DNA of 62,175 nucleotides, the filler included. It is 5 parts of 5 records of this genome, joined end to end, with 100 filler letters (N's around TTAATTAATTAA, not from the genome) between each part and the next. Parts side by side here need not be neighbours in the genome. Positions count along the whole stretch, not along the records: positions 56,261 to 62,175 come from SRR31156797_3173; 4 more parts are not named here. One strand, 5' to 3'. This document shows positions 62,175 through 62,175 of this stretch, in pieces; the stretch's first letter is position 1, and every line of letters begins with the position of its first letter. Below the pieces are notes generated by a model. The model was not told the DNA's origin and searched no databases. It saw nothing but the letters and a program-made list of their open reading frames with translations. The position numbers and the translations under genes were made by a program.

Positions 62175-62175
62175 T

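Overview
This window is not one locus. It is five contigs joined by artificial 100-nt spacers (N-run, TTAATTAATTAA, N-run) at 10983-11082, 42260-42359, 49334-49433 and 56161-56260, so gene neighbourhoods must not be read across them. Contig A (1-10982, Desulfobacterota-like) has a SNF2 ATPase plus SWIM Zn-finger pair, an ECF sigma factor followed by three small Cys-rich genes (one frameshifted), and an alpha/beta hydrolase with an AraC regulator. Contig B (11083-42259, AT-rich Bacteroidota with TAnnTTTG promoters) is mostly housekeeping and envelope genes: half a tRNA, LTA-synthase-like sulfatase, M14 and C69 peptidases, TonB receptor, GIN proteins, purA, purB, nhaD, tamB, tsaD. Contig C (42360-49333, Bacteroidota) has short-period repeats, guaD, a T9SS-secreted propeller protein, an AI-2E transporter and a tRNA-Pro-like 3' fragment. 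Contig D (49434-56160, Desulfobacterota-like) is a PEP-CTERM-type exopolysaccharide operon with a sigma54-type promoter. Contig E (56261-62175, GC-rich, Planctomycetota-like) has gapN, a DedA protein, a PD40-PDZ protein, a NapG-like ferredoxin, tyrA and REPs. The best novelty candidate is the SWIM protein with a histone-H1-like Lys-rich linker and terminal winged helix, encoded with a SNF2 translocase (possible nucleoid-remodelling module). Other leads are the Cys-rich ECF cluster, a likely AUU start for tamB, a terminator-like hairpin in the purA leader and a possible tRNA-Pro att site. Taxonomic and family calls come from motif recognition by eye, not database searches.
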